Source: Candidatus Micrarchaeota archaeon (GTDB lineage Archaea > Micrarchaeota > Micrarchaeia > Norongarragalinales > SBBD01). From it: a DNA stretch of 15,892 nucleotides. The DNA is taken from NCBI GenBank assembly GCA_043806595.1, contig JAZDGU010000049.1, positions 1-15,892 of the forward strand, read 5' to 3'. Made by a program: the position numbers and the translations under genes. Shown in pieces: positions 6,510 to 14,314 of this stretch. The notes beneath the pieces were generated by a model that did not search any database, was not told the DNA's origin, and worked only from the letters and a program-made list of their open reading frames with translations. The stretch's first letter is position 1; each line of letters opens with the position of its first letter.

Positions 6510-6917
6510 ATGGAAAAGCTCGTCCTCCGTTTGCGCGAGGCAGGTTTCCGGCTCGCGGAGGAGCACGTGGGCCCCATCGAGGAACTCGCGGCTGGCCCCG
6601 GCGCAAAATTCCCCGTTTTTTGTGTCGCCCTCCCCCGCCGGTCCGGTCAGGCGCGGGGGGAAGACGAGGAGATAAGCATTGCGGGCGCAATCAGCGCCTA
6701 CGCGCATCGCAGGGCCGCCGAATGGCGGGCGGCATCCGCGAACGATCGCCGAGCGGCGGGCGAGCCCGCAGTCATACGCGCAGCCCCGCACGACGGCAAC
6801 TGGGGGTGCATACGGAAGATCGCCTTTTACCACGCTGGCGGCGACGCGGCCCCGCTCCGGCGCGAACGCGAGGCGCTGCTTGCAATAATTAAAAACTTGA
6901 GCGCCCATAAGACTTAG
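6510..6917 (+). CDS. Hypothetical protein, 135 aa
   Basis: Most protein-like of the competing frames. AATATAAT lies about 22 nt upstream. Ends 10 bp before prs. Confidence 0.6.
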   Translation: MEKLVLRLREAGFRLAEEHVGPIEELAAGPGAKFPVFCVALPRRSGQARGEDEEISIAGAISAYAHRRAAEWRAASANDRRAAGEPAVIRAAPHDGNWGCIRKIAFYHAGGDAAPLRREREALLAIIKNLSAHKT

Positions 6918-6927
6918 GGGGATTCAG

Positions 6928-7869
6928 ATGAGCGAGCACGAACTGCACCTTTTTTCCGGCAACTCCAATCCGGCGCTTTCGCTCGTGGTGGCGAAGCACC
7001 TCGGCGGCAAGCTCGGCGAGGGCATGGTCTCGCGCTTCGCCGACGGCGAGGTGCGCGTGCAGATACAGGAGAGCATTCGCGGCCACGACGTCTTCGTCCT
7101 GCAGAGCACGTGCCACCCGGTGAACGACAACCTCATGGAGCTCCTCGTCGTGCTCGACGCCCTCAAGCGCGCGTCCGCGCACAGGGTTACCGCGGTCATC
7201 CCCTACTACGGCTACGCGAGGCAGGACCGCAAGGCGCACCCCCGCGAGCCGATATCCGCCAAGCTCGTCGCCAACCTGATCACCGTTGCCGGCGCCAACA
7301 GGGTTCTTACGGTGGACTTCCATTCCGACCAGATACAGGGCTTTTTCGACATACAGGTCGACAACCTGACCGCCATAAACCTCCTCGCCGGCGATTTCGC
7401 GAAGAAAAAGAAGGACGCCGTCGTAGTGGCGCCCGACGTCGGCGGCGTGGTCCGCGCGCGCAGGTTCGCCAAGTGCATCAACGCCCCGTTGGCCGTCATC
7501 GAGAAGCGCAGGGCGAGGCCGAACGTCTCAGAGGTCATGAACGTAATCGGGGACGTTGAAGGCAAGACCGCAGTGCTCGTCGACGACATGATAGATACCG
7601 CCGGCACCATCGCCGAGGGCGCGCACGCTCTCATCAAGGCCGGCGCAAATGACGTCTACGCCTACAGCTCGCACGGGCTGTTCAGCGGCGATGCAGTCGC
7701 GCGGCTTGAAAAGTCCCCGATAAAGGAGACGGTCTGCACCGACACCGTGCCGCTCAACGGCAAGGCCCTCGGGAGCAAGAAGATACGCCAGGTCTCCGTC
7801 GCCGCCCTTCTTGCCGAGGCAATCAAGCGCACGCACGTTAACGAGAGCGTCAGCAGCCTATTCAGGTAA
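6928..7869 (+). CDS. prs: Ribose-phosphate pyrophosphokinase (PRPP synthase), class I-like
   Basis: Motifs RFADGEVRVQI, NDNLMELL, PYYGYARQDRK, VAPDVGGVVRA and the PRPP-binding VLVDDMIDTAGT. C-terminus AEAIKRTHVNESVSSLF. Confidence 0.97.
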   Translation: MSEHELHLFSGNSNPALSLVVAKHLGGKLGEGMVSRFADGEVRVQIQESIRGHDVFVLQSTCHPVNDNLMELLVVLDALKRASAHRVTAVIPYYGYARQDRKAHPREPISAKLVANLITVAGANRVLTVDFHSDQIQGFFDIQVDNLTAINLLAGDFAKKKKDAVVVAPDVGGVVRARRFAKCINAPLAVIEKRRARPNVSEVMNVIGDVEGKTAVLVDDMIDTAGTIAEGAHALIKAGANDVYAYSSHGLFSGDAVARLEKSPIKETVCTDTVPLNGKALGSKKIRQVSVAALLAEAIKRTHVNESVSSLFR

Positions 7870-7878
7870 ATAACGGCT

Positions 7879-7916
7879 TGTTCGAACAGTATTTCGCTAA
7901 ACAAAACTAATAAATA
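7879..7916 (+). promoter_or_regulatory. Promoter of the wHTH-grpE-dnaK operon with upstream palindrome
   Basis: Perfect palindrome TGTTCGAACA at 7879-7888. CAAAAC-TAATAAATA (BRE/TATA-like, 7902-7916) ends about 23 nt before ATG 7940. Confidence 0.6.
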
Positions 7917-7939
7917 CCTGTTAATGCAAAGCAATCCGT

Positions 7940-8356
7940 ATGGCAGCGCAGCCCAAGTCCCTCACCGTCCGCAGTGTCGAGCTTCCCCATCTCAAGGACT
8001 TCGACTCCGATTTCGAGTGGCTCTGCGAGTGCCTCGGCCTCACCTCCGGGGAGAAGGACGGCCTCGCGCCTGGGATATTCAAGCAAATCGTCGAGGCCGA
8101 GCGCGCGGGAAGGCCGGCGAGGAGCATCGTCATAAGCAGGAAGTTCAAGGTGACGCGGGGAGGCGCGGTCTACCACCTCAACCGGCTCATCGAGACCGGG
8201 CTGATAGTGAGGCACGGCAGGGCATACGGATTGCGTGCGGGGAATTTGTCGGAGACGGTCGACGAGGTGGAGGAGGACATGCTGCGCATGTTTCGGAGGA
8301 TGAAGCAGATTGCGCGCGAGATGGACGAGGAGATGGGGTTTCGGGTGAGGGGATAG
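7940..8356 (+). CDS. Winged-HTH transcriptional regulator (ArsR/TrmB-like) with C-terminal coiled coil
   Basis: RSIVISRKFKVTRGGAVYHLNRLIETGLIVRHGRAYGLR is a wHTH with wing. The tail NLSETVDEVEEDMLRMFRRMKQIAREMDEEMG is amphipathic. 3 bp upstream of grpE. Confidence 0.85.
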   Translation: MAAQPKSLTVRSVELPHLKDFDSDFEWLCECLGLTSGEKDGLAPGIFKQIVEAERAGRPARSIVISRKFKVTRGGAVYHLNRLIETGLIVRHGRAYGLRAGNLSETVDEVEEDMLRMFRRMKQIAREMDEEMGFRVRG

Positions 8357-8359
8357 CCT

Positions 8360-8899
8360 ATGGCGGAGGAGAAAGAGCGGGCCGGCAACGCGGGGGAAAC
8401 CGCGGGGGGGAAGCCCGGGGACGCTGCGGAAGAGGATTTCGAGGTCCTGGCGGAAAGGTACTCGAGCGAGCTGAAGTACCTCGCCGCCGAATTCGACAAC
8501 TATAAGAAGCGGGCCGCCAAGGAGAGGAAAGCCGAGGGCCAGGCCGGGGTCGAGAAGCTCGTCGCGGAGCTGCTGCCGGTGCTCGATGACTTTGACGCCA
8601 CGCTGTCCGCGCTCAAGGAGGGGGGCGCCGATGCAAAGGTGATTGACGGAGTTGAACTGCTGCAGAAGAAACTTCTCAAGATTCTGGAGGGCAAGGGATT
8701 GAAGCGCGTCCAAAGCGTTGGAGAAAGATTCGATGTGGGCTTGCACGACGCCGCGGGCTTCGAGGAAAACGACGGCGCCGAAGATGGGTCTGTCGTGCGC
8801 GAGCTGCAGGCAGGCTATGCCGTTGGCGATATCGTGGTGCGGCATGCGAAGGTAATAGTTTCAAAAAATCCGGAAGCGGGAAAAGGCGCTCCCAAATAG
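8360..8899 (+). CDS. grpE: Nucleotide exchange factor GrpE
   Basis: Motifs LAAEFDNYKKR, LLPVLDDF, VGERFDVGLHDA and ELQAGY...VRHAKVIV. Directly upstream of dnaK. Confidence 0.96.
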   Translation: MAEEKERAGNAGETAGGKPGDAAEEDFEVLAERYSSELKYLAAEFDNYKKRAAKERKAEGQAGVEKLVAELLPVLDDFDATLSALKEGGADAKVIDGVELLQKKLLKILEGKGLKRVQSVGERFDVGLHDAAGFEENDGAEDGSVVRELQAGYAVGDIVVRHAKVIVSKNPEAGKGAPK

Positions 8900-8908
8900 G
8901 TGGATTGA

Positions 8909-10798
8909 ATGGCTAAGGAAAAAATTATCGGCATCGATCTCGGGACATCGAACAGCGCCGCCTCCGTAATAGAGGGCGGCCGGCCTGTCACGATACCGTC
9001 CGCGGAGGGCACGACCGCCGCAGGCAAGGCCTTCCCTTCATATGTTGCCTTCACGAGGGAGGGCCACCTACTCGTCGGTGAGCCGGCGCGCAGGCAGGCG
9101 GTCACCAACCCCGACGGCACGGTCTATGCCGCCAAGCGCAAGATGGGGTCGGACTTCCGGTACAAGATATACGGCAAGGAGTACTCGCCCCAGCAGATTT
9201 CCGGCTTCCTGCTGCAGAAGATTAAGCGCGATGCCGAGGCGTTCCTCGGCCAGCCGGTCAAGAAGGCCGTAATCACGGTGCCCGCGTACTTCAACGACAA
9301 CCAACGGCAGGCCACGAAGGACGCTGGCTCGATAGCGGGGCTCGAGGTTGTGCGCATAATAAACGAGCCTACAGCCGCGGCGCTGGCATACGGCTTGGAC
9401 AAGACCGAGAAGGACCAGAAGATACTGGTCTTCGACCTCGGCGGCGGCACGCTTGACGTCACGGTAATGGACTTCGGCAAGGGAGTGTTCGAGGTGCGGT
9501 CCACGAGCGGCGACACGCAGCTCGGCGGCACCGACATGGACAACTCCCTCATCGAGCACTGCGTCGGCGAGTTCGGGAAGAAGGAGGGCGTGGACCTGAG
9601 GGCCGACGGCATGGCAATGCAGCGACTGCGCGAGGCAGTGGAGAAGGCCAAGATCGAGCTCTCGACGGTCCTCTCCACGGAAATAAACCTGCCCTTCGTT
9701 ACAAGCGTGGCAGGCCAGCCCAAGCACCTGCAGCTCGCGCTCTCCCGGGCCAAACTCGAGGAGATACTCTCCCCGATAGTCAAGCGCTGTGAGCAGCCCC
9801 TGAACCGCGCACTCTCAGATGCGAAGCTGCAGCCCGCGGGTGTCGAAAAGGTGATACTCGTCGGCGGCCCGACGCGCATGCCGATGGTGCAGCGGTTCAT
9901 AGAGGAGAAGCTCGGCAAGAAGGCCGAGGGCGGCGTCGATCCCATGGAATGCGTCGCCATGGGTGCGGCCATCCAGGGAGGGGTCCTCGCGGGCGAGGTG
10001 AACGAAGTTCTCCTGCTCGACGTAACCCCGCTTTCGCTCGGCATCGAGACCCTCGGCGGTGTCTTCACCAAGATAATCGAGCGGAATACGACGATCCCGA
10101 CGCGCAAGAGCCAGGTTTTCTCCACCGCGGCCGACTTCCAGACGAGCGTGGACGTGCACGTCCTCCAAGGCGAACGGCCGATGTCCAAGGACAACGTGGA
10201 ACTCGGGCACTTCGGGCTGGTGGGTCTGCCCCCGTCCCCCCGGGGTGTCCCCCAGATAGAAGTCGCCTTCGACATAGATGCCAACGGCATCATGCACGTA
10301 AGCGCGAAGGACCTCGGCACAGGCAAGGAGCAGAAGATCCAGATTTCCGCGCCGCACAAGCTCTCCAAGGAGGAGGTGGAGCGCATGATGGCCGAGGCCG
10401 AGCGCTTCGCCGAGGAGGACCGGAGGGTGCGCGAGGAGGTCGAGCTGTTCAACAACGCGGAGGCCGTCTTATACGCCTCGGAGAAATCCATGGAGGAGCT
10501 CAAGGACAAGACCAACGACGCCCAGAAGCAGGAGGTCAGGGAAGCCGTCGACCGTTTGCGCGTCGCGCTGCAATCCAAGGACGCCGCGAAGGTCAGGTCG
10601 GAGCTGGAATCTCTGAAGAAGGTCGTCGGCGGCATCGGCTCGAGCTTCTATGAAAAGGGGCGGGGCCAGGGTGGCGGGCCGGCGCAAGGAGACCCGCAAG
10701 GGCCTTCGGAAGGCGGCTATCAGGGCTACGGCGGCTCCGGCGAGGCAGGCGGCGGGGACAACGTCGTCGATGCGGACTACAAGGACGTCAAAGGATAA
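8909..10798 (+). CDS. dnaK: Molecular chaperone DnaK (Hsp70)
   Basis: Motifs [41 protein letters not shown] and [16 protein letters not shown]. Has the short subdomain IB form ([23 protein letters not shown]) typical of archaea and Gram-positives. Ends in [11 protein letters not shown]. Confidence 0.99.
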   Translation: MAKEKIIGIDLGTSNSAASVIEGGRPVTIPSAEGTTAAGKAFPSYVAFTREGHLLVGEPARRQAVTNPDGTVYAAKRKMGSDFRYKIYGKEYSPQQISGFLLQKIKRDAEAFLGQPVKKAVITVPAYFNDNQRQATKDAGSIAGLEVVRIINEPTAAALAYGLDKTEKDQKILVFDLGGGTLDVTVMDFGKGVFEVRSTSGDTQLGGTDMDNSLIEHCVGEFGKKEGVDLRADGMAMQRLREAVEKAKIELSTVLSTEINLPFVTSVAGQPKHLQLALSRAKLEEILSPIVKRCEQPLNRALSDAKLQPAGVEKVILVGGPTRMPMVQRFIEEKLGKKAEGGVDPMECVAMGAAIQGGVLAGEVNEVLLLDVTPLSLGIETLGGVFTKIIERNTTIPTRKSQVFSTAADFQTSVDVHVLQGERPMSKDNVELGHFGLVGLPPSPRGVPQIEVAFDIDANGIMHVSAKDLGTGKEQKIQISAPHKLSKEEVERMMAEAERFAEEDRRVREEVELFNNAEAVLYASEKSMEELKDKTNDAQKQEVREAVDRLRVALQSKDAAKVRSELESLKKVVGGIGSSFYEKGRGQGGGPAQGDPQGPSEGGYQGYGGSGEAGGGDNVVDADYKDVKG

Positions 10799-10889
10799 TT
10801 TGTTAATGGCAATCGGGGCAATGGCCGTTGTGGGGTTGCCTCCGCGAGCGCTTACCTGTTAATCGGCAATTGAGCAGCCGGCAATAACC

Positions 10890-10906
10890 CCCGCCCTTTT
10901 TGCGGG
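10890..10906. terminator. Possible terminator/hairpin between convergent genes
   Basis: CCCGC-CCTTTTT-GCGGG hairpin containing a T5 run, between dnaK and the convergent membrane protein gene. Confidence 0.4.
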
Positions 10907-11587
10907 TCAGAGGATTGTCCTGCCCTCGGCCTCGCTGATTTGGTAGCTCACCTGGATGAGCTCGAGCTTCTTCTGCTGCATCAGCTGCGCGAGCGTGATT
11001 TCGTCAATCTCCCTCTTCATGTAGCGGAAGCGCAGCGCCTCCATGTCGTGCTCTATCTCGATCTTGCGCTGCAGCAGCCTCTTGACGTTCCTGCGCTTGC
11101 GCGTGAGGAACCTGTACGCGTAGTATGCCAGATAGGCCATAAAGCAGATCCCGAGCAGCGCCATGCCGTAGAACACTATCTTGTTCGACGGCGGCTCCTC
11201 TTCCATGACGGACGTCAGCCTCACCTGCCTCCCCTCGTGCAGTTCTAGGTAGTACGTCGCGGACGCCGCGGCCGACGAGAATTCGAGAGAATAGACGCCC
11301 CCCACTGGGGGAGAGAATGAGCACGAGAACTCGTTTTTGACGGCAGTGCAGGCGCACGCCGAAGGCCCGCTGCAGCCGATTGCCGGGCCTTCCTCGCTGC
11401 ACAACCCCGCTATCTGGAACGCCCTCCCCCGGACCACGCCCTGCGGCGGGTAGCTGAGCGATGTTATCTCCATAACGTCGGCCTGTTCCGCCAGCATGGA
11501 CACGTTGGCCGTCAAATACCCTGTGAAGTTGGTTTGGGCGGCGGCTGCGGCGCACAACGCGAGCGCGATGAGAAGGGCCCTTTTCAT
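10907..11587 (-). CDS. Type I membrane protein: signal peptide, extracellular beta domain, TM helix, cytoplasmic coiled coil
   Basis: Signal peptide MKRALLIALALCAAAAA|Q. TM segment IVFYGMALLGICFMAYLAYYAYRFL followed by TRKRR (positive-inside). Helical C-terminal tail. Confidence 0.8.
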   Translation of the reverse strand: MKRALLIALALCAAAAAQTNFTGYLTANVSMLAEQADVMEITSLSYPPQGVVRGRAFQIAGLCSEEGPAIGCSGPSACACTAVKNEFSCSFSPPVGGVYSLEFSSAAASATYYLELHEGRQVRLTSVMEEEPPSNKIVFYGMALLGICFMAYLAYYAYRFLTRKRRNVKRLLQRKIEIEHDMEALRFRYMKREIDEITLAQLMQQKKLELIQVSYQISEAEGRTIL

Positions 11588-11607
11588 GAACGGGATTACG
11601 CCGCTGG

Positions 11608-11640
11608 CCTTAAAAAAACGTATCCGTGCAAAGCCTTAAA
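11608..11640. promoter_or_regulatory. Divergent TATA-like promoters
   Basis: Minus-strand TTTTTTTAA ends about 22 nt before ATG 11587. Plus-strand CTTAAA (11635-11640) lies about 25 nt before ATG 11666. Confidence 0.5.
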
Positions 11641-11665
11641 GCCGCCGCCGCCGCAATCGCCTCTC

Positions 11666-12211
11666 ATGGGCTTGGACGGAAGGCGGCTCGTGCGGCTCGC
11701 CCGTGGCGCAATCGAGGCAGGCCTGAGCGGGAAGCCGCCGCCGGAAACCCGCAAATCCGCCAGCCTAGGCGCGTTCGTGACTCTGCATTCCCTTCCCGGG
11801 CGCCGGCTCCGGGGTTGCGTCGGCTTTCCCTACCCTGTCCTTCCCCTCGAGGAGGCGGTCGTGCAGTCCGCGTTGTCAGCCGCGTTTTCCGATAATCGGT
11901 TCCCGCCCGTGTCACAGGCCGAGTTGAAGAGTATAGTCATCGAGGTCAGCGTGCTCTCGGAGCCGCAGGAGCTGAAATGCCGTCCGGAGGACATTCCCGG
12001 AAAAATCGTAATCGGCAGGGACGGCCTTGTCGTCGAGCGGCACGGCAGGCGCGGGCTCCTTCTGCCGGTCGTCGCAGCAGAGGAGAAATTGGGCGCGGAA
12101 GAATTCCTGTCGCATTGCTGCCTCAAGGCCGGCCTGCCGGAGGAAAGCTGGCGCCGCGGCGCGAAGGTATCTGTGTTCCGTGCGGAGGTCTTCTCGGAAA
12201 ATCAGCTCTAG
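11666..12211 (+). CDS. AMMECR1-domain protein (AmmeMemoRadiSam protein A family), 181 aa
   Basis: Start reassigned to ATG 11666. Motifs LVRLARGAIE, GAFVTL, LRGCVG, AAFSDNRFPPV, IEVSVLS, GRDGLVV, GLLLPVVA, CLKAGL and FRAEVFSE. Confidence 0.95.
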   Translation: MGLDGRRLVRLARGAIEAGLSGKPPPETRKSASLGAFVTLHSLPGRRLRGCVGFPYPVLPLEEAVVQSALSAAFSDNRFPPVSQAELKSIVIEVSVLSEPQELKCRPEDIPGKIVIGRDGLVVERHGRRGLLLPVVAAEEKLGAEEFLSHCCLKAGLPEESWRRGAKVSVFRAEVFSENQL

Positions 12212-13329
12212 CGGAATATCCTCCTGAAGAAGCCCTCCTTTTTTGCTTCCTTCGTCTCGAGTTCGAATTCCTCTAGAATCTCCTTCTGTCGCTTGGATAG
12301 CTTGGTGGGCACATCGACATCGATGCGAACTATGAGGTCGCCGACCCTGCCCGTATCCAGATCGGGCATGCCCTTGCCGTGCAGGCGGAACGAAGTTCCG
12401 TTGCGCGTCCCCTCCGGAACTTCAAAACGGGCCTTGGCTTCAAGGGTTGGCACTTCGATTTCGCCCCCCAATGCGGCAAGAGGAAACGATACGTGCGCAT
12501 CGTAATAAATGTCTCTTCCGTCGCGCCGGAAATGCCGGTGGGGTTTGACTACTATTGCGGCTATCAAGTTTCCGGGCCGTTCCCCAGGAACCGTCGATGC
12601 ATTTCCCTTGCCTTCAATTGATATGCTCGCTCCGTCGAAAATCCCCGCGGGGATACCGGTCTGCACCGTTTCGCTCGTCTTGACACGGCCGCTTCCGGAG
12701 CATGTCCTGCAGGGATTAGTCGGCATCCTGCCCGAGCCCCTGCAAGTCTTGCATGCTACCGGCTGCCTAACCGCAAATGGTCCAATTCGTTGTATATGGT
12801 AAACCGCGCCCTGCCCCGAACAGACTTTGCACTCGACGCGTTTGCCATCCTTCGCGCCAGTGCCATTACAGGCCTGGCATGGGGCGTACCGTTTGACCTG
12901 TACGTTCTTCGCCGTGCCATTCGCGGCCTCCTCCAGCGTGAGCTCGATCTGCGTATAGGTATCTTCCCCCCGCCTTTCCCTGCGGGCGCCAAAACCGCTT
13001 TCAAAAAACGAACCGAACGGCGAGCCTTCGTTAACGACCCGTTCGAACAAGTCGGAAATGTCAGAGAAGTCCGCGCCCCGAAAGATGTCCTCCTGCGTGA
13101 ACCTTCGGCCGAATCCCTCGCTGCCGTACTCGTCGTACTGCCTGCGCTTCCCTTCGTCGGAGAGCACCGCGTATGCCTCTGAGATGCCCTTGAATTTCTC
13201 TTCCGCGTCCTTGGACTTGTTCCTGTCGGGGTGCCACTGCATCGCGAGCCTGCGGTAGGCGTCCTTTATCTGCGCCGCGGTCACATCCCTCGCAACCCCG
13301 AGGGTTGCATAGTAGTCCTTGCCGGCCAT
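12208..13329 (-). CDS. dnaJ: Molecular chaperone DnaJ (class A)
   Basis: J domain with HPD (KDYYATLGV...WHPDRN), a G/F-rich linker, four CxxCxGxG repeats and a C-terminal substrate-binding domain. Overlaps the AMMECR1 stop by 4 bp. Confidence 0.97.
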   Translation of the reverse strand: MAGKDYYATLGVARDVTAAQIKDAYRRLAMQWHPDRNKSKDAEEKFKGISEAYAVLSDEGKRRQYDEYGSEGFGRRFTQEDIFRGADFSDISDLFERVVNEGSPFGSFFESGFGARRERRGEDTYTQIELTLEEAANGTAKNVQVKRYAPCQACNGTGAKDGKRVECKVCSGQGAVYHIQRIGPFAVRQPVACKTCRGSGRMPTNPCRTCSGSGRVKTSETVQTGIPAGIFDGASISIEGKGNASTVPGERPGNLIAAIVVKPHRHFRRDGRDIYYDAHVSFPLAALGGEIEVPTLEAKARFEVPEGTRNGTSFRLHGKGMPDLDTGRVGDLIVRIDVDVPTKLSKRQKEILEEFELETKEAKKEGFFRRIFR

Positions 13330-13336
13330 GCCCCTT

Positions 13337-13386
13337 TTACCTCTAGAATCAGCTTACCTCTATTATGCCGGCGGGGGAATTTAAAT
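13337..13386 (-). promoter_or_regulatory. dnaJ promoter/leader with tandem 9-bp direct repeat
   Basis: TATA-like ATTTAAAT at 13379-13386. TAGAGGTAA (minus strand) occurs at 13354-13362 and 13337-13345, and the proximal copy contains an SD-like GAGGT. Confidence 0.55.
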
Positions 13387-13403
13387 CTTGCTTTGAAGTC
13401 CGG

Positions 13404-14312
13404 CTAGGTGGGCGAGCCGGCAGTGCCGATGAGCATCCTGCCGATGATGAACCCGGCGTTGTATGCGATGAGCGCTATCAGGATCATGAACGGCGCGCGC
13501 AGCACGTACTTGATCATCCTGCCCTCGCGGATGATCCCGATGGCGAGCGCGGCGACCGTGGTCTGTATCGCGATGAAGACCACGATAAGCGACTTGAGCG
13601 CGGAAATGTTGATGGCGGTGCCGGAGAGCGCCTGGCTCAGGCCCTCGCCGATGAACGACACGATGGTGAGCGTGAACCCGAAGATGAACGGCGCGAGCGC
13701 CAGGGACGAGATGTAGAGGAACAGCACGGGCATCATGGTCCTGGAGACGCGCTCGCGCTTGATGCGTATGAGGTCGCGGGTGTCGTCGGCTATGGCCTCC
13801 ATGACGTTGGCCAGCCCCGCGCCAGCGCGCTTGGCGTCGATGATGATGGTGACCGTGCGTTTGAAAAGCTCGCTTCCCGAGTCCATCGCCGCGTCATAGA
13901 GCACGTCGTCGAAGGGCTTGCCCTCCTTCAGCTGGATCAGCGAGACCTTGAGGTCGGTGCTCAGCGGGCCGTAGTCGGAGTTCGCTACCTCGTCAAGCGC
14001 GTCCTCGGTCGTGCCGCCTGCGCGGAGGATGCTCGCCATGTGCTTGAGCGCGTCCGGAAGGTTGCTCTCGAGGTTCTCCACGCGGCCGCTGCGTATGCTG
14101 ACCGGAATGATGACGCTGAGCGTGAGCATCGCGCCGAACGCGACGACGCTCGTGAGCACGTCGTTGAACAGCACAAGCAGGACCGTCGCGACGAGCCACG
14201 CCAGGAAGAATATGCCGAACACGAACCACGAGAACGGGACCTTGAACCCCGTCGCAGCGTAATAGCGCTGCAGCTCCTCGAACTTGCCCGATATCGGATT
14301 TTTCCCTGCCAT
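13404..14312 (-). CDS. Type II secretion system F-family (TadC/ArlJ-like) pilus membrane platform protein, 302 aa
   Basis: Start reassigned to ATG 14312 (MAGKNPISG). T2SS-F motifs ESNLPDALKHMASILRAGGT..ALDEVA..DYGPLS and AGAGLANVMEAIADD. Several TM helices. Confidence 0.9.
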   Translation of the reverse strand: MAGKNPISGKFEELQRYYAATGFKVPFSWFVFGIFFLAWLVATVLLVLFNDVLTSVVAFGAMLTLSVIIPVSIRSGRVENLESNLPDALKHMASILRAGGTTEDALDEVANSDYGPLSTDLKVSLIQLKEGKPFDDVLYDAAMDSGSELFKRTVTIIIDAKRAGAGLANVMEAIADDTRDLIRIKRERVSRTMMPVLFLYISSLALAPFIFGFTLTIVSFIGEGLSQALSGTAINISALKSLIVVFIAIQTTVAALAIGIIREGRMIKYVLRAPFMILIALIAYNAGFIIGRMLIGTAGSPT

Positions 14313-14314
14313 TG

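Noticed and set aside
9124..10635. 503-aa antisense ORF opposite dnaK
   Set aside because: Long antisense frames opposite GC-rich hsp70 genes are a well-known codon-bias artefact, and the sequence is Ser/Thr/Arg-rich and not protein-like.
11666..12211. Complete AmmeMemoRadiSam system
   Set aside because: Only the AMMECR1 gene is present. There is no Memo or radical SAM gene in the window, and the unlinked gene is common in archaea.
13041..13051. Second copy of CTTGTTCGAAC (matches 7877-7887) inside dnaJ
   Set aside because: It lies about 280 nt inside the coding sequence (D-L-F-E-R codons) and is likely coincidental.
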